A DNA stretch of 64,000 nt from an uncultured Thiotrichales bacterium (GTDB taxonomy: Bacteria > Pseudomonadota > Gammaproteobacteria > CAIRSR01). The stretch lies in assembly GCA_903881315.1 (NCBI GenBank), contig CAIRSR010000113.1, positions 4,693 through 68,692 on the forward strand, written 5' to 3'. Both the position numbers and the translations under genes were made by a program. Within the stretch, counting starts at the first letter, position 1; every line of letters begins with the position of its first letter. The notes under the pieces were generated by a model. That model did not search any database. It worked only from the letters and a program-made list of their open reading frames with translations, and was not told the origin of the DNA. Below, piece by piece: positions 54,299 through 63,134 of this stretch.

Positions 54299-54607
54299 AT
54301 GGCCGCTATTACCTTTGATACCCTAAGATTTGTAGAACGCCTTACCGCTGCTGGCGTCCCTGAGGCGCACGCCCGGGCAGAGGCGGGGGCGTTCCGCGAC
54401 ATACTCTCCGAATCGTTGGACAACGCCCTGGCGACCAAGGTAGACGTGCGCGAGGTGAAGGCCGAGCTGAAGGCCGATATTGCGCGATTGGAGAACAATA
54501 TAGAAAAAATGGAACTGCGCCTAATCGTCAAGCTCGGTGCCATCATGGCGACCAGCGTGGGCATCGGTGTTGCTGTGCTGGTCGCCATCTTGCGGGCGTC
54601 ACACTGA
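54299..54607 (+). CDS. DUF1640-like coiled-coil protein with C-terminal TM anchor
   Basis: MAAITFDTLRFVERLTAAGVPEAHARAEAGAFRDIL...VKAELKADIARLE...KLGAIMATSVGIGVAVLVAIL. GGAAGG upstream of the ATG. Preferred over the antisense ORF 54232-54588. Confidence 0.65.
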   Translation: MAAITFDTLRFVERLTAAGVPEAHARAEAGAFRDILSESLDNALATKVDVREVKAELKADIARLENNIEKMELRLIVKLGAIMATSVGIGVAVLVAILRASH

Positions 54608-54638
54608 GCCTTCGTTTATTGCGTATACCAGCTATTCC

Positions 54639-55187
54639 CTAGCGTTTCGTTCGCCACCACCATACGCCGAGTACGACCACCACCAGGAGTGCTAAGAGGA
54701 TCTCTTCTGCCGCCTGTACATGATCGAGTAGGGTGTGGATTGCGGCACCGAAGCTGTATCCAGCGCCGGCGATAAGAATAGCCCAGATAACCGCGCCGAT
54801 GCTGTTGAACAGAGCAAAGCGAACTATCGGTATCCGACTGGTTCCGAGTACCACTGGGCCCGCAATCCGTAGTCCATAGATAAAGCGAATCGAGAGGATT
54901 AACAGGGCGTCGTAGCGCTCTAAAAGAGCGTGTACCTGTTGTTTCCGCTCCGAGAGGAGGGCAAAGCGACTAATTAGGGCCTCGCCTTTCCAACGGCCTA
55001 ACAGAAAGGCTAGTTGATCGCCCAGAGTGCCACCAACAATGGCCACCAGAATAACGTAGTGCAGATCAAGCAGACCTTGATGGGCAGCGAGGCCAGCAGC
55101 GACGAGAACGGTTTCCCCCTCCAGCAAGGTGCCCGCAAAGACCGCAAGGTAACCATAGGTTGCTACAAAAGACTCAATTTCGGTCAT
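54639..55187 (-). CDS. DedA-family inner membrane protein
   Basis: YGYLAVFAGTLLEGETVLVAAG, GGTLGDQLAFLLGR, RFIYGLRIAGPVVLG. About 180 aa and multi-TM. Confidence 0.85.
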   Translation of the reverse strand: MTEIESFVATYGYLAVFAGTLLEGETVLVAAGLAAHQGLLDLHYVILVAIVGGTLGDQLAFLLGRWKGEALISRFALLSERKQQVHALLERYDALLILSIRFIYGLRIAGPVVLGTSRIPIVRFALFNSIGAVIWAILIAGAGYSFGAAIHTLLDHVQAAEEILLALLVVVVLGVWWWRTKR

Positions 55188-55238
55188 CTCTTAGATACTC
55201 GTTTCAGTAAAAATATAGGGGAGTCACCAATCATCGGT

Positions 55239-58200
55239 TTATGCGATTGGATACGCGAGTAGTACCGCATCTTCTTGACCCACGCCCTGCGCCAGTGATT
55301 GGTAGCCCCGGGTCTCTAGCGATGCGATGAGGCTCATGGAGACCTCGTACCGATAGCGCCCGAGTCCCAGCAATGGGCGGTGGCGGCTCAATGTCTGCCA
55401 GGCACCCGAGAGAACCTCGGTTTCACGCCCTTCTGAATCCACGATCAACAGATCGCAAGCGGGTAGCTCAAGGCTATCTAGGGTTCGGCAGGGTACTGGT
55501 TCATTCATCCGCAGGGAATCCGTCTCTACGTCGTTGCTGATGGGTAGATCCCAGGGGTAGGCACGCCAGGCGGGCAACTCTTCTGGTCTCGCCCCGATTC
55601 GTTCGCCACCATAATGTACGCAACTGAAACCCTGTTGCAGGATGGATGCCTGTAAGCGGTGCATGGGCTCGGGGCGTTCGTCGAAAACAATCACGAGCCC
55701 GCTATCGCCTACGGCCTTGGCGAGTGCTGATGTGACTGCGTCGCCATGGGTGCCTATTTGTACCACAACCGCCCCGGGTTTGACTAATTGCGCAAAGAGT
55801 TGGCCGGTGATTAGCCGTGCTTCGTGTTGCGCTTGAGAGAGAGTATGCCCTATCCAGCGGTTCAGGGCTGCTCGAGAGGCGCGTGTGGCAAGGGTATTGG
55901 CAACGGTTTTTAATACGCCTGCCCAGTCTCCTAGGCGTTCTTGGCGAAAGAGCCGCATCAACGGATGCCAGGGCATCGTATTGGTTCCGAGTGAGAGCCA
56001 ATTCGGTAGGGCCGCGTCCAAACGCCAGACCTCGCAACCAACCGCTGCTGCTATTTCTGCGACACTGTTGGGCGGGGCGATAACCAGATCTAGGGCGCTA
56101 GACAGGGCGGCGACACCTTCTAGGTCATTGAGTAGGTCTAACTCTCGGAGCTGGATTACCTGAACCCCGAACTGTGTGCTGACTGCGGCCAATTCCTCAG
56201 TACAGTCATCGTATTGAAGATTTACAAACGTCACATCCGCGACCGAGAATAGCGCACCCCATGCGGTGAGTTGCGAATAGAAACGTGCTCGCCCCCCTCC
56301 GACCAAACGGCTTCGCCAAGAAATACCAACCGTTAATCGACCGCCACCCAATTCTGCGAGGCGTTTACGCCATAGGGTGCGTTGTTCCGGGCAGGGTAGC
56401 AAATAACCGGGTTGACGCGGGAAACTGTTGAGGTGACGCCGGAGATAGGTCGCTATGCTCCCGATGGGGCACTGGAAATCGATCTTTCCTACGGTTGCGA
56501 GCCATTCCCTATTGTCGCGCGCCACCGCGTATACCTCTACACTGGGAAAGGAACGGGCGAGCAGGGCACCCAGTCGTGGTTCGCACTCGACGATGCAACG
56601 CCCAACCCACGGCAATAGATCGGGCAGACACGAGGCGAAGAGGATCTCGTCCCCTATCCCTTGCTCGGCATAGACGAGCAGGGTGGCGTTTGGTGCGTAA
56701 CGCCCATCCCAGCGCGGAAAGTCAAAACCGCGCAAGGCCAGGCGCATCTTGTCGTGACCGGCCTCGTAACCGTTCCATCCGGGGGCTAGCTCGCCGCGCA
56801 TCAGGTGGGTTAGGCCAGTATTCCAGCGAATACGCACATCCTCGGAGGCGCGACGCTCGGCCTCGGCAAAACAGGAAAGCGCCTCTTCTGTTCTCCCTTG
56901 GTCACGCACGCTTAATCCCAAGCCATTCCATAATAAAGCGCTGTCTACCCCTTGTTGTAAGGCAATCCGGAAATGCGTCTCGGCGCTGACCGGATCCCCT
57001 TCTTCTTGGAGCATATTGGCCAGGTTATAGCGGGCCTCGAACAGATCCGAGCGCAATTCTAAGGCTGTTTGGTAGCAGGTGCTGGCTTCATTGATCTGTC
57101 TGCGCTTACCGTATAATACGCCAAGGTTGTTCCATGCTTCTACGTAGTCTGGTCGCACCCGCAACGCTTGTTGGTAGCACCCTTCGGCTGCCGTGAGTTC
57201 GCCACGCTTTAGGTGCAGATTACCAAGATTGTTGTGTGCCTCTGCCTGGTCTGGGTCAAGACGTAGCGATTCTTGGTAGCAAAGGGCGGCTTCCTCTAGT
57301 TCGTTTCTTTCCTGTAGTACCAAGCCACGCCGATACTGCTCTTGTGAGGAACAGGTGATTGCCGATGGCTGTGGTGAAGGCACAAAATTTGCCAGTGCAA
57401 GGGCAATCCGCGCCAATACCTCCCGCCAATTGTCGGGTTGTGCTTGACGAAATAACTGCACTCGTGGATGCCAGGGGAAGGCGTCAGTGCCCAAAGAAGT
57501 CCAATGACGACCAAAGGTCTCGATGCGCCATACCGGCAAACCTAGGGCAGCAGCAAGCTCGCCGGCGGCGTTTCCTGCGCTAATCACCAGATCGAGATTG
57601 GCGGTTAGAGCAGCCGCTTCGTCGAGATCGTTCATCAGATCTATTTCTGGGAAGCCGGTAATCTCGACGCCAAAACGCTTTTGTGCCGCCGCGAGTTCTG
57701 CTGAACAATCATCGTACTGGAGATTGACAAAGTGTATGCCGGGTACCGCGAATATCGCCCCCCAATCGGCTAAACGACTATAATGACGGTCGCGTATCGC
57801 ATTGCGCAGGCGGCTGCGCCAGGTAATGCCGACCTTGATGTTGTGCCCAGCCAGTCGTTCGCGCCAATAGGCCACCCGTGCTGGGTCTGCCACGAGATAG
57901 GCGGGATTGCTCGGAAAGTCCGTGAGATTCCGCCGTAAAAAGCGTGGCAAACTCCCGATGGGAATCTCTTTGTCTACCGCATCAACCGCCACGAGTTCGG
58001 TGAGCCACTCTTGTCGATCCCGCTCGATGCCCGCTATCGTTGCCTTGGGAAAGGAGCGGCGGTAGAGCGGTGCTAGGCGGCGGTCACACTCGATAATGCA
58101 ATGTCCCACTTGTTTTAATAGATCAGGCAGACAAGAGGCAAACAGGATCTCATCGCCCACGCCTTGTTCGGCATAGACCAATACGGTTTGCCCGCTGAGG

Positions 58201-61200
58201 TTGCTGCCATCCCATTCCGTGAAGTGATGAAAGCCCTGTCGTCTGCCTTCATTACGGGGCAGAAAACGTCCGGCCTCGTAGGCCTCCCAGCCAGCCTCTA
58301 GATCGCCGAGGGCGAGCAGCGGGATCGCGAGGTTCCAGCGCATCTCTTGGTTGTCTGGGTAACGCTGCACCCACTCGCTCATGCACTCGACCGCAGCGCC
58401 TGGGCGTCCTTGTTCGTGGCGCACCCTGCCGATGCTGAGTATGGCAACCTCCATCCCCAGATCCAACGCCTGTTGGAAACAGCTTTCCGCCTCCATGAGG
58501 TTGCCGGCGGCCTGTAGGGTATTCCCCAGATTGAGCCAGGTGCCGGCGAGATCCGGGCGTAGCTCCACTGCACGTCGGTCGTGGGTGGCGGCTTCACTGA
58601 GGAGCCCCTCCTCACGCAAGGCGTTGCCAAGGTTGCTGTGGGCGAAGGCCATGTTTGGATCGAGTGCGATTGCCTCGCGGAAGGCCGCCTTTCCTTCTTC
58701 GGAGCGGCCCAACGAACGCAGTGCATTGCCGAGATTGTTCCAAGCTGGCGCATAGCTTGGTGCGAGGCGAATTGCCTCGCGGCAGACGGTCTCTGCTTCC
58801 ATGAAACGCTCTTGGAGCTGTAGGCAGTTGCCAAGATTGCCTAGCAGTTCGGGGCTGGTTGGCGTTACCGCGAGGGCCTCTCGATAGAAGGCTTCTGCCT
58901 CAAGCCAGCGCCCTTGTTCGGTGACGAGGTTCGCCAACATATTGAGCGCTTCGGGCCAACCGGTTGGGTGCAGGGCCAATGCGGCGCGGTAGGCAGTTTC
59001 GGCGGCAGCCACCTGGTTGTCACGAGCGAGGGTCGCGCCAAGGTAGAACTGCGCCTGGGGGTAGTGGGGACGCAGGGCGAGCGCCTCTCGATAGGCGGTG
59101 ATCGCTTCTGCAAGGCGACCGAGGTCGCCGAGGCAGTTGCCGAGGTTATACCACCCTTCTGGGAAATGGGGGCGGAGGCGTAACGCGCCACGGTACGCTG
59201 CCTCGGCATCCGCAATGCGTCCTTGTAGTTCCAGGACTGTGCCGAGGTTGTTGTGTGCCTCCACCAGATCGGGTTGATAACGTAGCGCACTGAGGTAACA
59301 GCGCTCGGCCTCGGGGATACGTCCCTGTGCGCGCAGCAGGTTGCCAAGGTCGTTGTGGGCATGCGCCCAGGTGGGGACTAAGCGCAGTGCCGCACGGTAA
59401 GCGGCTTCGCCCTCAATGGGTTGTCCAATAGCCGCGAGCGTTCCGGCGAGGTGTCCGTGATAGAGCGCGACCTGGGGGGCGGCGGCAACGGCTTGCCGCA
59501 ACGCCGCCAGTGCTGCCAGCGGATTGCCTTCGGCATTGGCGATTGTGGCGGAAAGGTCAAGGGCAACTGGGTCGTTCGGGTAGGTTGCGAGGTGGGCGTC
59601 GCAGTGATGGCGCGCTTCGGCTAAGTGACCCGCCCGTAGGTATTCGCGGACGATGGTGAGCGTATCGGTGCCTGGTAGCGCGGCTATGCTCTGTTCAATG
59701 GGGGTGAGAGGGGTTGTGGTCTCTGGTTGGGTGCGGAGGGTATCCAGCGCCTCAGCCACTCGCTGTAGTACGGTCTCCCAATCGCCGAGGGTTGTTTGGC
59801 GGAACACCCGCATCATCGGATGCCAAGGGAAGCCATCGGTGCCAAGAGAGGTCCAGGCCCGCCCGAAGGGTTCCAGTCGCCAAACCGGTACGCCGAGGGT
59901 GGCGGCTATCTCTCCGGCTGCGTTTCCGGCAGCGATGACGAGGTCGAGAACCGAGGTGAGGGCAGCCGTGCCATCGAGATCATTGAAGAGATCCAGCTCG
60001 GGGAAGGCATGGATCTCCACGCCGAACAGACGCCGCGCCGTTGCGAGTTCGTCGGCACAGTCGTCGTACTGCAGATTAACAAACTGAACGGATGGAATCT
60101 TGAAGCAGTCTCCCCATTCATTCAAACGGCTGTAATTGCGGTGTCTTCCTTCGCGGAGTGAGCCGCTACGCCAAGTAATGCCGACCTTCAGACCAGGCCC
60201 TAATGCGTTGAGTCGTTCTCGCCAATGGTTGGCCGCGACCGGATCGGCCACCAAATACCCAGCGCGAGGTGGGAAATCCGTGACCCTGGCGCGTAGGTAG
60301 CGGGCAATACTCCCGGCTGGGATCTGTGCGTCGATGTGCGGGAGGTCTGCTAACCAGGCGCGGTTGGTGCGCCGTACCCCGACCACAGTCGCCGCGGGGA
60401 ATGAACGCTGATATAGAGGGGCGAGTCGTGGGTCACACTCAAACAGGCAGTGTCCGGCCCTTTCAAGAAGATCGGGAAAACAAGACGCGAACAACAGCTC
60501 GTCGCCGAGCCCCTGTTCGGCGAAAACCAGCAGGGTTTTTCCGGTGAGCGAGCTGCCATCCCACTCAGGGAAGGGTAGCGGCTGCCATTGAAAGACCGGG
60601 CGGCGCCACTCGTAGGCCTGCCAGCCCTCGGTCAGTTGGCCAAGTGCTAGGAAGATGAAGGCCCGATTCCAGTGTCCGAGTGGTTCGTCGGGGCACAAGG
60701 TAATCGCGTGATGGTATGTTTCCAGGGCTTCCTCTAAGCGGTCTTGTGCTTGGAGGACTGCGGCCAGGTTATTGTGTGCGCTGTAGTAAGAGGGTTGCAG
60801 CTTGAGGGCGCGGCGCAGCCAATGCTCGGCCTCGGTCAATCGATCGAGGGTCTTTAGGATAGTGGCGAGGGTGTTGGCGGACTCGACGTGGTTGGGATCG
60901 ATGGCCAGTGCGCGCTCGAAGCAGAGTGCCGATTCCTCTAGGCGGGTCAATCGACGCAACAGGAGGCCCTGGTTGTAGTGGATCTTGACGTCGTTTGGCT
61001 TGAGGGCCACGGTCTGCTGGTACAAGGCCATGGCGTCTTCTAGCTGGCCTTTTTTCTCGAGGACTCCAGCGAGATTATTGAGGGCGTCGGCGTAGTCCGG
61101 GTGGAGGTTCAGCGCTCGACGGAGGATGTCTTCCGCATCGTCTAATTGATTCAGGTTAAATGCGGCTAGGCCGAGGTTGTTCAATGCCTCTGGCCAGTCG

Positions 61201-61442
61201 TGGCGCAACTCGAGAGCCCGGTTTAGGTAGAGCTGCGCGTCGCTAAAGTGGCCACGCTGGCTCGCAAGGGTGCCCAATAGATACAGTACCTGGGCGTGGT
61301 TGGGCTGGGTTGCTAGGATTTTCCGGTAGATAACCTCCGCGCCCGCCAAATCGCCCTTTTCGTGGAGTTTAAATGCCTTTTGGAAACGTCGTTCGTCTTC
61401 TCGGGCACGGTGGGTGCTGTGCATCGGTCTCTCCTGCGTCAC
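55239..61442 (-). CDS. Giant multidomain protein: three tandem [TPR array + GT-B/heptosyltransferase(GT9)-like domain] modules followed by an FkbM-family methyltransferase domain
   Basis: 2067 aa with many 34-aa TPR units (..A...Y..AL.L.P....A..NLG..). Three near-identical cores: WDGSSLTGKTLLVFAEQGLGDELLFASCFPDLL, WDGSNLSGQTVLVYAEQGVGDEILFASCLPDLL, WDGRYAPNATLLVYAEQGIGDEILFASCLPDLL. Each is followed by VGI(T/S)WRS, FVNLQYDDC, DLVI(A/S)(A/P)(G/P)N, PWHP. C-terminal FkbM-like: VVVQIGTHGDAV...TLDSLELPACDLLIVDSEGRETEVLSGA. Confidence 0.85.
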   Translation of the reverse strand: MTQERPMHSTHRAREDERRFQKAFKLHEKGDLAGAEVIYRKILATQPNHAQVLYLLGTLASQRGHFSDAQLYLNRALELRHDWPEALNNLGLAAFNLNQLDDAEDILRRALNLHPDYADALNNLAGVLEKKGQLEDAMALYQQTVALKPNDVKIHYNQGLLLRRLTRLEESALCFERALAIDPNHVESANTLATILKTLDRLTEAEHWLRRALKLQPSYYSAHNNLAAVLQAQDRLEEALETYHHAITLCPDEPLGHWNRAFIFLALGQLTEGWQAYEWRRPVFQWQPLPFPEWDGSSLTGKTLLVFAEQGLGDELLFASCFPDLLERAGHCLFECDPRLAPLYQRSFPAATVVGVRRTNRAWLADLPHIDAQIPAGSIARYLRARVTDFPPRAGYLVADPVAANHWRERLNALGPGLKVGITWRSGSLREGRHRNYSRLNEWGDCFKIPSVQFVNLQYDDCADELATARRLFGVEIHAFPELDLFNDLDGTAALTSVLDLVIAAGNAAGEIAATLGVPVWRLEPFGRAWTSLGTDGFPWHPMMRVFRQTTLGDWETVLQRVAEALDTLRTQPETTTPLTPIEQSIAALPGTDTLTIVREYLRAGHLAEARHHCDAHLATYPNDPVALDLSATIANAEGNPLAALAALRQAVAAAPQVALYHGHLAGTLAAIGQPIEGEAAYRAALRLVPTWAHAHNDLGNLLRAQGRIPEAERCYLSALRYQPDLVEAHNNLGTVLELQGRIADAEAAYRGALRLRPHFPEGWYNLGNCLGDLGRLAEAITAYREALALRPHYPQAQFYLGATLARDNQVAAAETAYRAALALHPTGWPEALNMLANLVTEQGRWLEAEAFYREALAVTPTSPELLGNLGNCLQLQERFMEAETVCREAIRLAPSYAPAWNNLGNALRSLGRSEEGKAAFREAIALDPNMAFAHSNLGNALREEGLLSEAATHDRRAVELRPDLAGTWLNLGNTLQAAGNLMEAESCFQQALDLGMEVAILSIGRVRHEQGRPGAAVECMSEWVQRYPDNQEMRWNLAIPLLALGDLEAGWEAYEAGRFLPRNEGRRQGFHHFTEWDGSNLSGQTVLVYAEQGVGDEILFASCLPDLLKQVGHCIIECDRRLAPLYRRSFPKATIAGIERDRQEWLTELVAVDAVDKEIPIGSLPRFLRRNLTDFPSNPAYLVADPARVAYWRERLAGHNIKVGITWRSRLRNAIRDRHYSRLADWGAIFAVPGIHFVNLQYDDCSAELAAAQKRFGVEITGFPEIDLMNDLDEAAALTANLDLVISAGNAAGELAAALGLPVWRIETFGRHWTSLGTDAFPWHPRVQLFRQAQPDNWREVLARIALALANFVPSPQPSAITCSSQEQYRRGLVLQERNELEEAALCYQESLRLDPDQAEAHNNLGNLHLKRGELTAAEGCYQQALRVRPDYVEAWNNLGVLYGKRRQINEASTCYQTALELRSDLFEARYNLANMLQEEGDPVSAETHFRIALQQGVDSALLWNGLGLSVRDQGRTEEALSCFAEAERRASEDVRIRWNTGLTHLMRGELAPGWNGYEAGHDKMRLALRGFDFPRWDGRYAPNATLLVYAEQGIGDEILFASCLPDLLPWVGRCIVECEPRLGALLARSFPSVEVYAVARDNREWLATVGKIDFQCPIGSIATYLRRHLNSFPRQPGYLLPCPEQRTLWRKRLAELGGGRLTVGISWRSRLVGGGRARFYSQLTAWGALFSVADVTFVNLQYDDCTEELAAVSTQFGVQVIQLRELDLLNDLEGVAALSSALDLVIAPPNSVAEIAAAVGCEVWRLDAALPNWLSLGTNTMPWHPLMRLFRQERLGDWAGVLKTVANTLATRASRAALNRWIGHTLSQAQHEARLITGQLFAQLVKPGAVVVQIGTHGDAVTSALAKAVGDSGLVIVFDERPEPMHRLQASILQQGFSCVHYGGERIGARPEELPAWRAYPWDLPISNDVETDSLRMNEPVPCRTLDSLELPACDLLIVDSEGRETEVLSGAWQTLSRHRPLLGLGRYRYEVSMSLIASLETRGYQSLAQGVGQEDAVLLAYPIA
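55878..60575 (-). repeat. Internal triplication of the GT-like domain (and its preceding TPR arrays) within the giant ORF
   Basis: Approximate GT-like copies: 59733-60575, 57393-58220, 55878-56720. A 35-nt core of copies 2 and 3 compared by eye gave 29/35 identical nt. Confidence 0.8.
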
Positions 61443-61537
61443 GATAAATCCGCTACGATACCATGGATAACTATCATCCCGCTTTTTGCGGCAACTTGGT
61501 AGACTATCTCTTCCATGACATTAAGGGTAAGGTGGGA

Positions 61538-62002
61538 ATGATAGTGAAACGTTTTATGGAATTAGTAGAAGAGGCGCGGCCTTGGGTCAAAGAGGTGTTG
61601 CCCTGGGATTTGGTGCCGGAATTGGACGCGGGCGAGCCGCTCTTGCTGCTTGATATCCGCGAGCCCTACGAATTTGATGTCGTGCATATCCCGAACTCGC
61701 TCAATGTGCCTCGCGGTATCTTGGAGCAGGCCTGCGAGACCGGTTATGAAGAGACGGTAGCACGCCTCGCGGCGGCTCGCGAGGAGAACGTCGTTATCAT
61801 CTGTCGTTCCGGGCACCGGAGTGTTTTGGCGGGTTATGTGATGCAGTTGATGGGGTTTCGTCAGGTGCGTTCGCTCAAACTCGGTCTGCGCGGTTGGAAC
61901 GACTTCGAGCTGCCGCTGCTTGATGGTCGGCAGCAGCGTGTCGATACGGACGACGCCGATCGTTATTTTAATCCGCGTCAGCCGGTGAGACCGGCCGGGT
62001 GA
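61538..62002 (+). CDS. Cytoplasmic single-domain rhodanese
   Basis: AAGGTGGG lies before ATG 61538. LLLLDIREPYEF, active-site loop ICRSGHRSVLAGYVM. The stop codon overlaps the next gene's GTG (GTGA). Confidence 0.8.
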   Translation: MIVKRFMELVEEARPWVKEVLPWDLVPELDAGEPLLLLDIREPYEFDVVHIPNSLNVPRGILEQACETGYEETVARLAAAREENVVIICRSGHRSVLAGYVMQLMGFRQVRSLKLGLRGWNDFELPLLDGRQQRVDTDDADRYFNPRQPVRPAG

Positions 62003-62997
62003 CGGCAACCGAACCGGGTGTAGCGAACACCGCGCCCCTCTATCACTTCCTCCCCGATAAGGATGAGGTGAGGCGTTCCTTTGACCGTGTCGCGGCTGGC
62101 TATGACGAGGTTGCAGTGTTGCAACGGGTCGTTGGGCAGCGCCTCGTGGAGCGTCTCCTGGAAGTCCGCGTGACACCAGACCGGGTGTTAGACGTAGGCG
62201 CAGGAACCGGTAGTGGGACGGCAGCGCTTGCCGAGCGTTATCCCGAGGCGCTGGTGGTGGCGGTTGATATTGCGCCTGCAATGCTGCGACAGGCCCGTCA
62301 GCGGGCCTATGGATGGGCCAGTAGCCTTGCGGCGTGGGGGAGGGGTAGGGCGTTACTGCAACGCATGGTCTCTGTCCTTCGGCGCAACAGTGGGGGACAG
62401 CGTTTTGTCTGTGCCGATGCGGATGCCTTGCCCTTTGCGCACGAGAGTGTCGCCCTCGTCCACTCGAACCTCACCTTGCAGTGGTGCCAAGACCTTGAGC
62501 GGACGTTTGGAGAAGTGCGCCGCGTCTTGCGCCCCGAAGGGCTGCTCGTCTTCACCACCTTTGGCCCCGATACCCTGAAGGAGCTGCGTGCTGCCTGGCG
62601 AACGGTAGACGACTACAGTCATGTCAACGCCTTTCTGGATATGCACGATGTTGGGGATGCCCTTACCCGGGCGGGTTTCAGTGGTATCGTGATGGATGTC
62701 GAGCGCATCACCCTGACCTATCCCGATGTGGCCGGGCTAATGCGTGACCTCAAGGCGCTTGGTGCGCACAATGTTACCCACGGTCGGCCCCGTGGTCTCA
62801 CCGGGCGCGGACACCTCAAACAACTCGTCACCGCCTACGAGACCTTTCGCCACGGTGGGCGTCTACCCGCCACCTACGAGGTCATCTATGGTCATGCCTG
62901 GGTGGCTACTCCTGCCACCCAACGACCCGTGATGCCAGCAACCGTACCTGTGGCAGAGATAAAACGGGCGAATGTTTTGCGGAAGGATGGTGATTGA
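61999..62997 (+). CDS. bioC: BioC-like class I SAM-dependent methyltransferase (malonyl-ACP O-methyltransferase family) with an internal insert
   Basis: FDRVAAGYDE.AVLQR, VLDVGAGTGSGT, DADALPFAHESVALVHSNLTLQWC.DL, VLRPEGLLVFTTFGPDTLKELR, LKALGA, YEVIYGHAW. An extra roughly 35 aa (WASSLAAWGRGRALLQRMVSVLRRNSGG) lies after motif II. No other bio genes in the window. Confidence 0.7.
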   Translation: MTATEPGVANTAPLYHFLPDKDEVRRSFDRVAAGYDEVAVLQRVVGQRLVERLLEVRVTPDRVLDVGAGTGSGTAALAERYPEALVVAVDIAPAMLRQARQRAYGWASSLAAWGRGRALLQRMVSVLRRNSGGQRFVCADADALPFAHESVALVHSNLTLQWCQDLERTFGEVRRVLRPEGLLVFTTFGPDTLKELRAAWRTVDDYSHVNAFLDMHDVGDALTRAGFSGIVMDVERITLTYPDVAGLMRDLKALGAHNVTHGRPRGLTGRGHLKQLVTAYETFRHGGRLPATYEVIYGHAWVATPATQRPVMPATVPVAEIKRANVLRKDGD

Positions 62998-63134
62998 GGT
63001 TGCGTGGGTAGCGTTACTGCGTTTCGTTCCTGATGAGGAGGGCTTGTGTGGAGTCGTGTGTTGCCCCCCACGAAGAAGGTAGGGGTCTGCGCTGCCCCAC
63101 ACCACTGCCGTAGTCGATGGGCTGTTCGCCCTCT

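Noticed and set aside
54232-54588. 118-aa minus-strand ORF opposite the DUF1640-like gene.
   Set aside because: The plus-strand product has the characteristic DUF1640 N-terminus, coiled coil and C-terminal TM, plus an RBS. The minus-strand product is a Ser/Ala/Arg-rich artefact.
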